Below are positions 50,643 through 60,550 of a DNA stretch of 64,000 nucleotides, one piece after another (the stretch's first letter is position 1; each line of letters begins with the position of its first letter). The notes below the pieces were generated by a model that did not search any database, was not told where the DNA came from, and was given only the letters and a program-made list of their open reading frames with translations. A program made the position numbers and the translations under genes. The stretch lies in the sequence record PZ445431.1, one strand, 5' to 3'. The stretch comes from a phage.

Positions 50643-50652
50643 ATAAAATAAA

Positions 50653-50677
50653 AGCCAGGTCGACTAGCAACCTGGCT
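50653..50677 (-). terminator. rho-independent terminator after nrdD
   Basis: AGCCAGG ... CCTGGCT stem; on minus strand followed by TTTATTTTATTT. Confidence 0.6.
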
Positions 50678-50683
50678 GATTCA

Positions 50684-52558
50684 TTATTTAGCGCGAATGT
50701 CTTGATGTTTCACTCGACCCATAACCTCATGTTGTTTACCTGGGTTAAACGGACGAGCACCTGGATTTCCAAGATATCCACAAACTCGACGAGTTACCTC
50801 AAGAGTCTCAGGATCATGGTTGCCACAAATAGGGCATTTGAAACCATCCTCAGAAGCTATAGTTTCACCCAAGAACCCACATTCCCCACAAGAGTCTACT
50901 GGAGTATTAATACCGAAGTAATGAACTTTACTTGCAGCATAGTTAATAACCCATTCCAGTGCATCAGGGAATCGTTTCATATCCGGTAATTCCACATAGG
51001 AAATGCACCCACCAGAAGCAATAGGAGTAAAGTTAGACTCATAATCAAACTTCACATTTGGAGCAACCTTACGTTCTACATCAAGGTGATGGGAATTAGT
51101 GTAATATCCTTTAGCCAGAATATCTTCATGCTCTGGGAAATACTCACGGTCTAGGCGACAGAAGCGATCACATAGAGATTCAGATGGTGTAGCATACAGA
51201 CTATACCCTAATTGAGTCTCTTCCTTCTTCTGATCAGCACGATCACGCATGTATTGTAGCACACGTTGAACGAACTTGATACAAGACTCAGACATTGTAT
51301 CTACATCTTTACCAAACATGAGTTGCAACATTTCGTGGCAGCCAATATATCCTAGGGATACAGAAGCACGCTTGTAGAAATGATCAAACACATATTCATC
51401 TGGCCCCAGACGTAATCCAAAGGCTCCTGACGTATAGAGGATGGGCGCAGCTTTAGCTTGAATGTATTTTAAGCGATCAACCCTCCACTCCAATGCTTTT
51501 AACGCGGTATCCACACGCAGCTCAAGCAGATCGAAGAATAGATCAATATTTCCTTCCGCTTCGATAGCGATTCGAGGAAGGTTTACGGAAACAACGCCTA
51601 AGTTGTTACGACCAGAAGTTTCACCATCTTCCGCAGCAGCCAGGAATGAACGACAGCCCATAGAGACTTTGTAGTCCCCCGTAACTTCTACAACCTTATC
51701 ATAACTGATGTAGTCAGGATACATACGTTCAGCAGTACATTTCATAGCTAACTTCTTGATATCATAGTTAACATCACCAGGTTTCATGTTTACGCCCTCA
51801 CGCAAAACAAATACCAGTTTAGGGAAGATAGCTGTACGTTTATTGATACCCAAACCATCCATACGTACTTCTAGTATTGCTTTCTGTACAAGACGTGCTT
51901 CCCAAGAAGTTCCTAGACCAAAACCAAAGGTAATAAACGGACTTTGACCATTAGAGTTGAACATCGTATTGATTTCATACTCCAGGCCCTGACAGGCATC
52001 GTAAACTTCTTTCTCAGTCATTTCCGTAGCCATTACAGATGCTTTAGCTTCATCCTTAGTCCAACGCTTTGCAAACGCATGATTCTTATCATAAGACTTA
52101 CGAACATAAGGAGCCAATACTTCATCTAATCGGTCTACAGAAGTACCCCCATATTGATGTGAACTAACCTGAGTGATAATCTGAGCTGTGATAGCAGCCG
52201 CAGTAGTAATAGAGTTTGGTGTACTGATTTCAGCATTACCAACCTTCATACCATTCTTCAACATATCTTCCAAAGCAACCAGGCAACAGTTAGTCATACC
52301 TAACGCAGCGTAATCAGCATCATGGAAGTGAATATCACCAATCATGTGAGCATTTCGAATCTGGATTGGCATTTCTTCCAGAATCAGATATTTACTCAAT
52401 TCCCCTGCAAGCATATCCCTTTGTGTAGGGAAACGTTCTGAGGGCTTATTGGCATTATTAAACAGCAGCTCTTCATCTGCTGAACCTTCGATAATTTCTT
52501 TGCAGTTTCGAATCAAGGACTGCATTCCTTTATACTTTAGTTCTTCATTGCGATTCAT
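50684..52558 (-). CDS. nrdD: anaerobic ribonucleoside-triphosphate reductase
   Basis: 624 aa; C-terminal zinc ribbon CGECGF...CPICG and glycyl-radical motif RRVCGYLG. Confidence 0.85.
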   Translation of the reverse strand: MNRNEELKYKGMQSLIRNCKEIIEGSADEELLFNNANKPSERFPTQRDMLAGELSKYLILEEMPIQIRNAHMIGDIHFHDADYAALGMTNCCLVALEDMLKNGMKVGNAEISTPNSITTAAAITAQIITQVSSHQYGGTSVDRLDEVLAPYVRKSYDKNHAFAKRWTKDEAKASVMATEMTEKEVYDACQGLEYEINTMFNSNGQSPFITFGFGLGTSWEARLVQKAILEVRMDGLGINKRTAIFPKLVFVLREGVNMKPGDVNYDIKKLAMKCTAERMYPDYISYDKVVEVTGDYKVSMGCRSFLAAAEDGETSGRNNLGVVSVNLPRIAIEAEGNIDLFFDLLELRVDTALKALEWRVDRLKYIQAKAAPILYTSGAFGLRLGPDEYVFDHFYKRASVSLGYIGCHEMLQLMFGKDVDTMSESCIKFVQRVLQYMRDRADQKKEETQLGYSLYATPSESLCDRFCRLDREYFPEHEDILAKGYYTNSHHLDVERKVAPNVKFDYESNFTPIASGGCISYVELPDMKRFPDALEWVINYAASKVHYFGINTPVDSCGECGFLGETIASEDGFKCPICGNHDPETLEVTRRVCGYLGNPGARPFNPGKQHEVMGRVKHQDIRAK

Positions 52559-52667
52559 TATACCCTCCTTCTCTAACTAAGACTACTATTATAACTCATT
52601 CGAAGGCGGATGTCAACAATATTTTACTATAAAGTTCTGTAACATGATCTGAGTCAAAAAATTTTAT

Positions 52668-52696
52668 TTGCCAACCTCTACTAAAAATAGTATAAT
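52668..52696 (+). promoter_or_regulatory. T5-type early promoter
   Basis: TTGCCA - 17 nt - TATAAT. Confidence 0.5.
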
Positions 52697-52808
52697 CACG
52701 CATCCGTGTACGCGATATAAAATGATTATCTAGTACCATACATCTCCCAATAAAAGCAAGCAAATTTTTTATTTAAATGCAATATCATAGGCTTATTTAA
52801 AATTGTAG

Positions 52809-52837
52809 TTGCTTTCTCCCGTATATATTGGTATAAT
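52809..52837 (+). promoter_or_regulatory. T5-type early promoter
   Basis: TTGCTT - 17 nt - TATAAT upstream of phoH. Confidence 0.55.
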
Positions 52838-52910
52838 ATATTTGTAAGTTGATAAACAAGATCTTTTTGTTGATCCTCTGTTAGCGAAGTACACTATAGG
52901 AGTGTTATTT

Positions 52911-53663
52911 ATGGGAAAAGCACGTCAAAAAAGAGAGAACCGCAATGGTTCAAGAAAGCGTGGCAACAAGTATGAGAGTAACGTAATTCAAGCAGATTTC
53001 TCTGGTGATTACGCCAATCCAGTTGCTAAATCCCTAGTTGGTAAAAACCGTGAGCAAAAATCATATATCAATATGATCAAGAACAACACAGTGACTGTGG
53101 GTATTGGTGAACCAGGTACTGGTAAAACCTTTATTCCGTCCGTTCTTGCAGCTCAGGAACTCGTAGACATTCACTCAGATATTGAGCAAGTGATCCTCGT
53201 GCGTCCGAACGAACCTCTAGGTAAATCTCTTGGTATGCTCCCAGGTGATCTGGCAGAAAAGCTAGAGCCTTGGTTGGAACCAATAACCGATGGTATGAAA
53301 TGGGCAATCGGTGATCACGCCTACAAAGGATATGTCGAACGTCAGAAAATTAAATTCCTGGCTATCGAACATGCCCGTGGCCGAACTTTCAACAACTCCT
53401 ATGTAATTGTCGATGAAGCTCAGAATATCTCCGTTGAAGCAATGATCTGTCTCCTGACTCGTGTAGGACAAGATTGTCGTTTAATTATCTGTGGGGATAT
53501 AGCTCAGAAAGACATCAAGGGTGATTCAGGTCTAGCACTTCTTATGGAAGTCTATGAGAAGTACGAAAACTCTCCTTTCTCTATGATCGAACTGATCGAC
53601 AACGTTCGCTCACCAGAGTCTAAAGCATTCTACGATATCTTTAAGGATATGGGGAAGGTGTAA
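52911..53663 (+). CDS. phoH: PhoH-like ATPase
   Basis: Walker A GEPGTGKT, Walker B VIVDEAQN; ATG at 52911 with AGGAG SD (ORF track begins at GTG 52902). Confidence 0.8.
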   Translation: MGKARQKRENRNGSRKRGNKYESNVIQADFSGDYANPVAKSLVGKNREQKSYINMIKNNTVTVGIGEPGTGKTFIPSVLAAQELVDIHSDIEQVILVRPNEPLGKSLGMLPGDLAEKLEPWLEPITDGMKWAIGDHAYKGYVERQKIKFLAIEHARGRTFNNSYVIVDEAQNISVEAMICLLTRVGQDCRLIICGDIAQKDIKGDSGLALLMEVYEKYENSPFSMIELIDNVRSPESKAFYDIFKDMGKV

Positions 53664-53664
53664 T

Positions 53665-53907
53665 ATGGGAAACGTCGTACATCTGCACCGCAAAACTAAG
53701 ATCCACCGTACTTCACTGAGCGCTGCTAATATGATTACACGTAAGGAAGGGGAAGAAAGTCCTAAGACTACCCTAGCGTGGAAAATTGTAGCCTCTAATC
53801 CAAATCGGCCTTTCAACTATAATGAACTGAGTACTTCTATAGACATTCTTATGGCTAAGGAAATACAACAGAAACTAACTGATATGACCGATAAACTTAA
53901 ATGGTAA
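53665..53907 (+). CDS. hypothetical protein
   Basis: 80-aa ORF. Confidence 0.3.
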   Translation: MGNVVHLHRKTKIHRTSLSAANMITRKEGEESPKTTLAWKIVASNPNRPFNYNELSTSIDILMAKEIQQKLTDMTDKLKW

Positions 53908-53914
53908 GACAGAC

Positions 53915-53947
53915 GAGCCTGGGTATGAAAATATCCGGGCTCTTTTT
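53915..53947 (+). terminator. rho-independent terminator
   Basis: GAGCCTGG ... CCGGGCTC stem with one G-U pair, then TCTTTTT. Confidence 0.6.
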
Positions 53948-53963
53948 ATCTGTAAAATTGTAC

Positions 53964-53992
53964 TTGCAAAATGACCCAAAACAAAGTAGAAT
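53964..53992 (+). promoter_or_regulatory. sigma70-like promoter upstream of nrdA
   Basis: TTGCAA - 17 nt - TAGAAT. Confidence 0.4.
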
Positions 53993-54030
53993 ATTTCCTA
54001 AATCCTGATAACTACAAAAAGGAAAGCCAA

Positions 54031-56364
54031 ATGAGCCATCGTATCGAAAAAGTAATTAAACGTGACGGTACTGTTCAGGACTTTGCTCCTGAAAAACTCA
54101 ATGATTGGGCTGCATGGGCATGTAAAGATACTGACGTAAGTTGGTCTGCCGTAGTTATGGCTGCCCTGAAAAATCTACCCAAAGGTGTTGTAGACTCCGA
54201 TACACTCCAAGATGTGTTAATTAAAGCCGCTGAAGGTCTTATCAAAGACAACCCAGCATATGATACTGTAGCAAAGGAATTACGTCTTGCGCAGATGCGT
54301 AAACGCCTATATGATTCTTTTGAACCTCCTTCTCTGCGTTTCTTCCACGATCATATGGTTCGTGTCGGCGCTTGGGAAGACATGAGTGCATGGATTAGCG
54401 ATGATCAGTTTGAAGCTCTGAACCAAGTTATTGATCATGATCGTGATCGTTTATTCACCAGTGGTGGACTGAAACAGTTCTTCGACAAGTATTCCCGTCG
54501 TAATATTGCAACTGGTGAAATTTATGAAACCCCGCAGTTTGCCTACATGGGTATGGCAATGGCGATGTTATCTCAACCTAACTGGACAATTCTCGATGCA
54601 ATCGACCTCTACAACGCAATGTCACTCCATAAAATCAACGTGCCGACTCCACCTCTCGTGGGTCTTAGGAGCAGCGACCGCGGTTTTGCTTCTTGTTGTC
54701 TTGTTGATAGTACTGATACCCTCGATTCAATCGACACAGCCGAGCACATCGTCTTCAAAATGGTCGCAGCCAGAGCGGGAATCGGGTATCATCTTGAAAG
54801 CCGATCAATTGCTGATCCGGTGCGAAATGGGGCATTCCCGCATTCCGGAAAACTGCCATATTATCGACACATTGACCGATCAGTAAAAGCTAACACTCAG
54901 CAAACCCGTGGTGGTTCTGCTACTGTGTCTTACCCATACTTCGATCCTGAAATCATTCAGTTGATGCAGGTTAAGCAGCAACGTGCTACAGACGAGAATA
55001 AAATCGATAAGATGGATTACTCTCTGAGCTTTAACAACCTTCTGTTAAAACGTTACCTGAAAAATGAAGATATTACGCTAATGTCCTACTTCTACGCACC
55101 AGAAGTTCATGAAGCGTTTTATGGCGAAGATGAGGCTAAGTTTGAAGAAATCTACGTGGCAGCGGAGAAACGTGTGGCATCTCTTACAAAGATCGACCAC
55201 GAAGGAAAAACAATTCCAGCAGCTCCTAGAATCTCTGCAAAAGAAATCCTAGATACTTGGTTACGTATCCGTATGGAAACAGGGCGTATGTATGCTCATC
55301 ACATTGGTGAATCTAACCGTCATGGTAACTTCCTTGACCCGATTCGTATGACCAACCTTTGTGTTGAAATTACTCAGCCAACCCGTCCATTCCATCACAT
55401 TACGGAGCTGTATAAGACCCAAGATCAGTTAGACGATATGCGTCCAGAGGACATTGGTGAAGTATCTCTGTGTAACTTAGGTGGTGTTGTACTAGGTCGC
55501 ATGGAATCTCTGGCTGAATGGGAGAAAACTTGCTACATCCTTCTGAAATTCGTTGATACAATCATCGAGATTCAGGATTATCCATTCCCAACCATGGAAT
55601 ACACGGCTAAGAAACGTCGTAACGTTGGTATTGGTCTGATGAACGCAGCAGGTGCAATGGCAGCAGAAGGTTTGGCTTACGAAGGTGTTGAAGCACGTAA
55701 CTGGATTCACCGTGAAGCTGAAAAGCTGTCCTACTTCCTGCACAAAGCCTCTGTACGTCTGGCCAAAGAACAGGGTGCATGTGACTGGTTTAATCGTACT
55801 AAGCCTTCACAAGGAACTCTGGTAATCGACACGTATAAGAAAACTGTTGATGAACTGGTAACTGTAGGTCTAGAAATGGATTGGGAATCTCTACGTGCAG
55901 ATATCCTGAAATATGGTATGCGTAACTCCGTTCTGACTGCTCAGATGCCGGGTGAAAGTTCCTCTGTACTGCTAGGTGTTACTAACTCTATTGAACCGCC
56001 TCGTAAGATTGTATCTATCAAGGGTAGTGCAGTGAATAAAGTAATTGCAATTGCTCCAGGTGCAACTGATTGGGATACATTAATGAGCTATAAACTGGCT
56101 TATGATGTAGATCGTATCGAGTGGATCAAATGGGTAGCAACCATGCAGAAATTCTTCAGTCAGTCTATAAGTACGAATATGTACTATGACTACACCAAGT
56201 TTGAGAATGAAATTATTCCTGGCCCAGTAGTAGTTCGTGACTTCATGACTGCTGTTAAGTACGGTTGGAAAACTTTCTACTATGCAAACTTTAACACCGA
56301 GAATGGTGGTGGTGCAGGGGAAGAAACTGCTGCTGGATGCGCATCAGGTGGTTGTAACCTGTAA
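54031..56364 (+). CDS. nrdA: ribonucleoside-diphosphate reductase large subunit
   Basis: ATG at 54031 with AAAGGAAAG SD; N-terminal ATP-cone (RDGTVQDF), class I RNR body, C-terminal Cys pair CASGGC. Confidence 0.9.
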   Translation: MSHRIEKVIKRDGTVQDFAPEKLNDWAAWACKDTDVSWSAVVMAALKNLPKGVVDSDTLQDVLIKAAEGLIKDNPAYDTVAKELRLAQMRKRLYDSFEPPSLRFFHDHMVRVGAWEDMSAWISDDQFEALNQVIDHDRDRLFTSGGLKQFFDKYSRRNIATGEIYETPQFAYMGMAMAMLSQPNWTILDAIDLYNAMSLHKINVPTPPLVGLRSSDRGFASCCLVDSTDTLDSIDTAEHIVFKMVAARAGIGYHLESRSIADPVRNGAFPHSGKLPYYRHIDRSVKANTQQTRGGSATVSYPYFDPEIIQLMQVKQQRATDENKIDKMDYSLSFNNLLLKRYLKNEDITLMSYFYAPEVHEAFYGEDEAKFEEIYVAAEKRVASLTKIDHEGKTIPAAPRISAKEILDTWLRIRMETGRMYAHHIGESNRHGNFLDPIRMTNLCVEITQPTRPFHHITELYKTQDQLDDMRPEDIGEVSLCNLGGVVLGRMESLAEWEKTCYILLKFVDTIIEIQDYPFPTMEYTAKKRRNVGIGLMNAAGAMAAEGLAYEGVEARNWIHREAEKLSYFLHKASVRLAKEQGACDWFNRTKPSQGTLVIDTYKKTVDELVTVGLEMDWESLRADILKYGMRNSVLTAQMPGESSSVLLGVTNSIEPPRKIVSIKGSAVNKVIAIAPGATDWDTLMSYKLAYDVDRIEWIKWVATMQKFFSQSISTNMYYDYTKFENEIIPGPVVVRDFMTAVKYGWKTFYYANFNTENGGGAGEETAAGCASGGCNL

Positions 56365-56372
56365 TAAAAACA

Positions 56373-56400
56373 AGGAGATCTTCGGGTCTCCTTTTTCTTT
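56373..56400 (+). terminator. rho-independent terminator (UUCG tetraloop)
   Basis: GGAGATC-TTCG-GGTCTCC followed by TTTTTCTTT. Confidence 0.75.
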
Positions 56401-56410
56401 GAAATTTTAC

Positions 56411-56439
56411 TTGCTAATCGCTACCAGATTTGCTATAAT
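56411..56439 (+). promoter_or_regulatory. T5-type promoter upstream of HNH gene
   Basis: TTGCTA - 17 nt - TATAAT. Confidence 0.5.
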
Positions 56440-56465
56440 ATCTCCATTAGTTAAGGAGATTAGTT

Positions 56466-56981
56466 TTGATAACACAAGATGAATTAAAAAGGATTCTGGA
56501 GTATAATCCAGATGAAGGAACATTTACTTGGTTAAATAACCAAGAAGTACACAATAAAGTAAGAGGACTACCTGCTGGTTGTTTAAAACCCCACTCAGTA
56601 GATCCTAACCGAAAAGACTTAGTAATACAAATCAATGGTAAGAAATATCCTGCACAAAATATTGCTTTCCTGTACATGACAGGAAACTTACCTAAAGTTA
56701 TGGTTGATCATATAGATGGAGATTCACTAAACTATAAGTGGACTAATCTAAGAGAAGCAGACTGGCAGTTAAATAGTCAAAATAGAAAAACCAGTAAAAA
56801 CAATATATTGGGTACTAAGAATATTCGGAAGAAAGGGTCTGGATTTCAAGTTAGAAAATCCATTAACGGAAAAGAATACGTGAAAACTCTTCCAACTCTC
56901 GAAGAGGCGATAGAGTATCGAGATTCTTTAATCCTCTCTATAACCAAAGACCCAACACTACTTAGAAACACAGATAAATAG
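56466..56981 (+). CDS. HNH homing endonuclease inserted between nrdA and nrdB
   Basis: 171 aa; TTG start; N-terminus ITQDELKRILEYNPDEGTF paralogous to 30698-31228; HNH core VDHIDGDSLNYKWTNLR. Confidence 0.7.
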   Translation: MITQDELKRILEYNPDEGTFTWLNNQEVHNKVRGLPAGCLKPHSVDPNRKDLVIQINGKKYPAQNIAFLYMTGNLPKVMVDHIDGDSLNYKWTNLREADWQLNSQNRKTSKNNILGTKNIRKKGSGFQVRKSINGKEYVKTLPTLEEAIEYRDSLILSITKDPTLLRNTDK

Positions 56982-56989
56982 GAGAACTA

Positions 56990-58135
56990 ATGACAACTTT
57001 ACTTAACTTAAACTGGGATCATACCAATAAAGATCTATTTCTCGGTGATTCTCTTGGTATTGCAGATTATGTACGAGTAGCTCATCCAGAGCTAGAAAGG
57101 CTGGCGTTATTAGCTCGCTCTCAATTCTGGACTGAAACTGAAATCAGTCTGGAAGCTGATAAGAAACAATGGCCAAACCTTCCGCGTGATATTCAGGAAA
57201 TTACTCTCCTGAACTTAGCATGGCAGACCCAAACAGATTCTTTCATTAGCCGTGCTCCTGAAGCAGCTATTATGCCGCTTGTAAGCCGTCCTGAATTGGA
57301 GGGTATGCTCAAGCAGTGGAGCTACTTCGAAGATCTGCATAGCCGTGCATATAGTAACATTATTCGTAACGTTCTGACTGATCCAGCAGAATTTATTGAT
57401 TCTGTAACTAAAAACCAAGAAGCATTTGCACGTATCGCAGATTCTGTTGAACTGTTTGATGAATTGTATCTGTTAGGTCAGTATTTCCTTGCAGTACGTG
57501 ATCATCGTGGTGATAATACTTATCCAGAAACTGAGTTCCCTGAAGTTAAACGTGAAACTCAGGCTAAGCTGTTAGATGCTTACTTTGCAATCTACGGTCT
57601 GGAAGCAATGCAGTTCTACGCATCCTTTGCATGTACCTTTGCTCTAGCAGAGAACGATATTCTGCAAGGTATTGCCAAGAACCTGCAACTAATCGCTAAA
57701 GATGAAGCTCTACATACTCAAATGTCTAAAGCTATCATCCAGATTATGTTCCAGCAGTTTGATAAAGATCTGGTAGACGAAGCATTAGCTAAAGCACCAG
57801 CACAACTCCTAAAAACTCTGAAAACTGAGATTGAATGGGGCCACTTTATCTTTAAAGGCCGCAGTCTGATTGGTTTGAACGCAGAATTGCTTGAAGAATA
57901 CCTTTACTTTGTAGGACGTAACGCATTTATGCACATTGGTGTAGAATGGCCAAGCCACTTACCTGTAATTACTAAGAACCCTATTCCGTGGATTATGAAC
58001 TGGCTGGATACTACTTCCTTACAGCCTGCCCCACAAGAAATCCAGATTGGTGCAGCATATCGTGTGGGTCAGGTAACTGAAACTTCTGCTGATACCCTGA
58101 AAGATCTGGGTAACGAATTTGAGGGCATGTTCTAA
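56990..58135 (+). CDS. nrdB: ribonucleoside-diphosphate reductase small subunit
   Basis: 381 aa; di-iron ligand-like E/H pattern; directly downstream of nrdA. Confidence 0.85.
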   Translation: MTTLLNLNWDHTNKDLFLGDSLGIADYVRVAHPELERLALLARSQFWTETEISLEADKKQWPNLPRDIQEITLLNLAWQTQTDSFISRAPEAAIMPLVSRPELEGMLKQWSYFEDLHSRAYSNIIRNVLTDPAEFIDSVTKNQEAFARIADSVELFDELYLLGQYFLAVRDHRGDNTYPETEFPEVKRETQAKLLDAYFAIYGLEAMQFYASFACTFALAENDILQGIAKNLQLIAKDEALHTQMSKAIIQIMFQQFDKDLVDEALAKAPAQLLKTLKTEIEWGHFIFKGRSLIGLNAELLEEYLYFVGRNAFMHIGVEWPSHLPVITKNPIPWIMNWLDTTSLQPAPQEIQIGAAYRVGQVTETSADTLKDLGNEFEGMF

Positions 58136-58665
58136 TGATAGCAGCAATCTATGCAACTGGGCCGAATGGGGAGTTCGGCCTCAATGGTAAGCTCCCCTGG
58201 GGTTCTTTCAAAGAAGAACTAGATATCTTCTATACTACTTTGGATTCTCTAGCACCTGATAATATTATTGTAGGTGCAGGAACTTGGTTAGCCTTCCCTG
58301 AGACTCTGCAAAAAAGAATACTAGGAGATTCTGACCTATTTATTTATGCAAATAGATCACTACCTAACTCTGTAGGATCAGCTACACGCATAAGCAACAT
58401 TGGATACCGTCTGCCTGATTTTCTCAAGGAAGAGGTAACTGTAGTATTAGGGGGAGCAACTCTGCTTCTTGAAATGTATGTCAAAAATCATCTAGATATG
58501 GCGTATATCTCTACTATTACTTCAGCCACACCATTATCTGCTGATGTACATCTGCATCATCATATTACTTTAACTAATTCAATGGCAACTAGAATGGACT
58601 ATGTGGCAGGACAGAATGCAGATAAAACGCTTTCATTCTTACAAGAATTGGTGATATTTAAATGA
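58135..58665 (+). CDS. frd: dihydrofolate reductase
   Basis: 176 aa; N-terminal [21 protein letters not shown] resembles DHFR; adjacent to thyA. Confidence 0.65.
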   Translation: MIAAIYATGPNGEFGLNGKLPWGSFKEELDIFYTTLDSLAPDNIIVGAGTWLAFPETLQKRILGDSDLFIYANRSLPNSVGSATRISNIGYRLPDFLKEEVTVVLGGATLLLEMYVKNHLDMAYISTITSATPLSADVHLHHHITLTNSMATRMDYVAGQNADKTLSFLQELVIFK

Positions 58666-59516
58666 AGCAATATATTGAAACTGGAAAACGTATTCTTGAA
58701 GAGGGTGTATGGGTAACGAATCCTAGAACAGGGGTTCGTTGCCTAACCATTATTGATGCAGACTTTACCTTTAACGTAGGAGCAGGAGAACTGCCGCTAG
58801 TAACTACTCGTAAAGCATTTGCTAAACAAGCAATAATGGAAATGATCGGATATCTCCGTGGGTACGACTCAGCAGCACAATTCCGCGCTATTGGTGTTAA
58901 TACATGGAATGCTAATGCAAATGAAAATATTGCCTGGCTAGGTAATCCATTCCGTAAAGGCGAGGATGATATGGGACGAGTCTATGGTGTTCAAGGACGT
59001 CATTGGACTAATTCTGATGGTATGGTATTTGATCAGTTAGCCAAAGTCTATCATAATTTGAAAAGAGGGATTGACGATCGTGGAGAAATTTTAACTTTTT
59101 GGAACCCTGGGGAATTTCGTAAAGGATGCCTACGTCCGTGTATGCATACCCATCAATTCTCTATTTTAGGTGATACACTATACCTAAACTCTTTCCAGAG
59201 GTCTAATGATTTCTTGCTGGGCCAAGTATTTAATATGGTGCAATGCTATGCACTTCTAGCTATTATGGCACAGATTACAGGTCTTAAGCCAGGTATTGCT
59301 CGTCAAAAGATTATTAATCTTCATATCTATGAAGATCAGTATAATGTTCTGATGGAGCACAAGCAATTCGATCGTGAACCTTTTGCACCTCCTACTTTAG
59401 AAATCAATCCAAATATTAGAACTTTGGATGATGTATTAACGTGGGTAAGTAAGGATGATTTTACTGTTCGTGGCTATGAACACCATCCTGCTATTGCATA
59501 TCCATTTACGGTGTAA
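58662..59516 (+). CDS. thyA: thymidylate synthase
   Basis: 284 aa; catalytic Cys context [10 protein letters not shown] and ThyA-like GLNTWNA... body. Confidence 0.85.
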   Translation: MKQYIETGKRILEEGVWVTNPRTGVRCLTIIDADFTFNVGAGELPLVTTRKAFAKQAIMEMIGYLRGYDSAAQFRAIGVNTWNANANENIAWLGNPFRKGEDDMGRVYGVQGRHWTNSDGMVFDQLAKVYHNLKRGIDDRGEILTFWNPGEFRKGCLRPCMHTHQFSILGDTLYLNSFQRSNDFLLGQVFNMVQCYALLAIMAQITGLKPGIARQKIINLHIYEDQYNVLMEHKQFDREPFAPPTLEINPNIRTLDDVLTWVSKDDFTVRGYEHHPAIAYPFTV

Positions 59517-59564
59517 CATATATTAATTATACTATTATTTGTCATATTCTTTCTAAAACATTTT

Positions 59565-59873
59565 ATGGCCGATTATCCACTCCAAACACCATATATGCTA
59601 AAAAAGACGCATAAAATAGGGTGGAAACTTCCATTATTAACCCATTCGCTAGTACATGCTGGATTAACATTTGCAATTCTAATCCTATTCACATCACCAG
59701 GAATGTCTATAGCTTTAGCTATTATGGAATTAATTCTACACTTTATTATAGATTATTGGAAAGCACAACGCTGTAAATACGCTATAAGCGATGCTAAGTT
59801 TTGGATAGCTTTAGGATTTGATCAGTTACTGCATTATCTGACATACGCCCTAATAATCTTGATTATAATCTAA
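59565..59873 (+). CDS. small integral membrane protein (3 predicted TM helices)
   Basis: 102 aa; three hydrophobic stretches (LTFAILILF, IALAIMELILHFII, YALIILIII). Confidence 0.35.
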   Translation: MADYPLQTPYMLKKTHKIGWKLPLLTHSLVHAGLTFAILILFTSPGMSIALAIMELILHFIIDYWKAQRCKYAISDAKFWIALGFDQLLHYLTYALIILIII

Positions 59874-59877
59874 TTCA

Positions 59878-59897
59878 AATAGCCCTTCGGGGCTATT
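59878..59897 (+). terminator. UUCG-tetraloop hairpin, terminator candidate
   Basis: AATAGCCC-TTCG-GGGCTATT; weak U-tract. Confidence 0.5.
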
Positions 59898-59912
59898 ATA
59901 TTTAAATTTCAT

Positions 59913-59941
59913 TTGCTTACTGAGTGAAATTCAAATATAAT
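59913..59941 (+). promoter_or_regulatory. T5-type early promoter
   Basis: TTGCTT - 17 nt - TATAAT. Confidence 0.6.
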
Positions 59942-59971
59942 ATACTTCTAATTTGACAGAAGGATTTAATA

Positions 59972-60550
59972 ATGACAGCCATAGTAGCATTTAAATATAA
60001 AGATAAAGTATACTTAGCCGGTGATCGTATGGGTTCTAATGGCTATACGAAACTGCTGGTTAAAAATCCGAAAGTATTCAAAATCTCTGATGATTTGTGC
60101 TTCGGATACACTAGTTCCTTCTACATGGGACAATTACTAGAGCATAGCTTTACTGTACCACCACGTTTAGCAGATATTTCTGATGATAAATATTTATATA
60201 CGGAAATAGTACCTAAATTACGTGATATGTTTAACCAGAAAGATTTTGGCGAAAAGAAAAATGAAAAATATGCTGAACCTAATCTGGGACAATTTATTAT
60301 GCTCTACAAAGGAAGAATCTTTATTTTCCAATCTAATGCTTCTATTCTAGAAGTTGAATATGCCGGTGTAGGCTGTGGAGGAGAAGATGTACTTTCCAGT
60401 ATTCGTACAGGTTTAGCTATTGCGGATTGTCGAGCCACAGATTTAGATGTAGATGATATATTTGAAATCATTGATCTGGCTTTTACGCATTGTGCAGATT
60501 ATATGTGTGGTGTATCTTCTCAACATGATATTTTAGTAATTGGAGAATAA
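59972..60550 (+). CDS. HslV/proteasome beta-subunit-like Ntn-hydrolase peptidase
   Basis: 192 aa; after Met removal Thr1, Asp17 (AGD) and Lys33 spacing of Ntn threonine proteases; GVGCGG resembles HslV GSGG segment. Confidence 0.55.
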   Translation: MTAIVAFKYKDKVYLAGDRMGSNGYTKLLVKNPKVFKISDDLCFGYTSSFYMGQLLEHSFTVPPRLADISDDKYLYTEIVPKLRDMFNQKDFGEKKNEKYAEPNLGQFIMLYKGRIFIFQSNASILEVEYAGVGCGGEDVLSSIRTGLAIADCRATDLDVDDIFEIIDLAFTHCADYMCGVSSQHDILVIGE

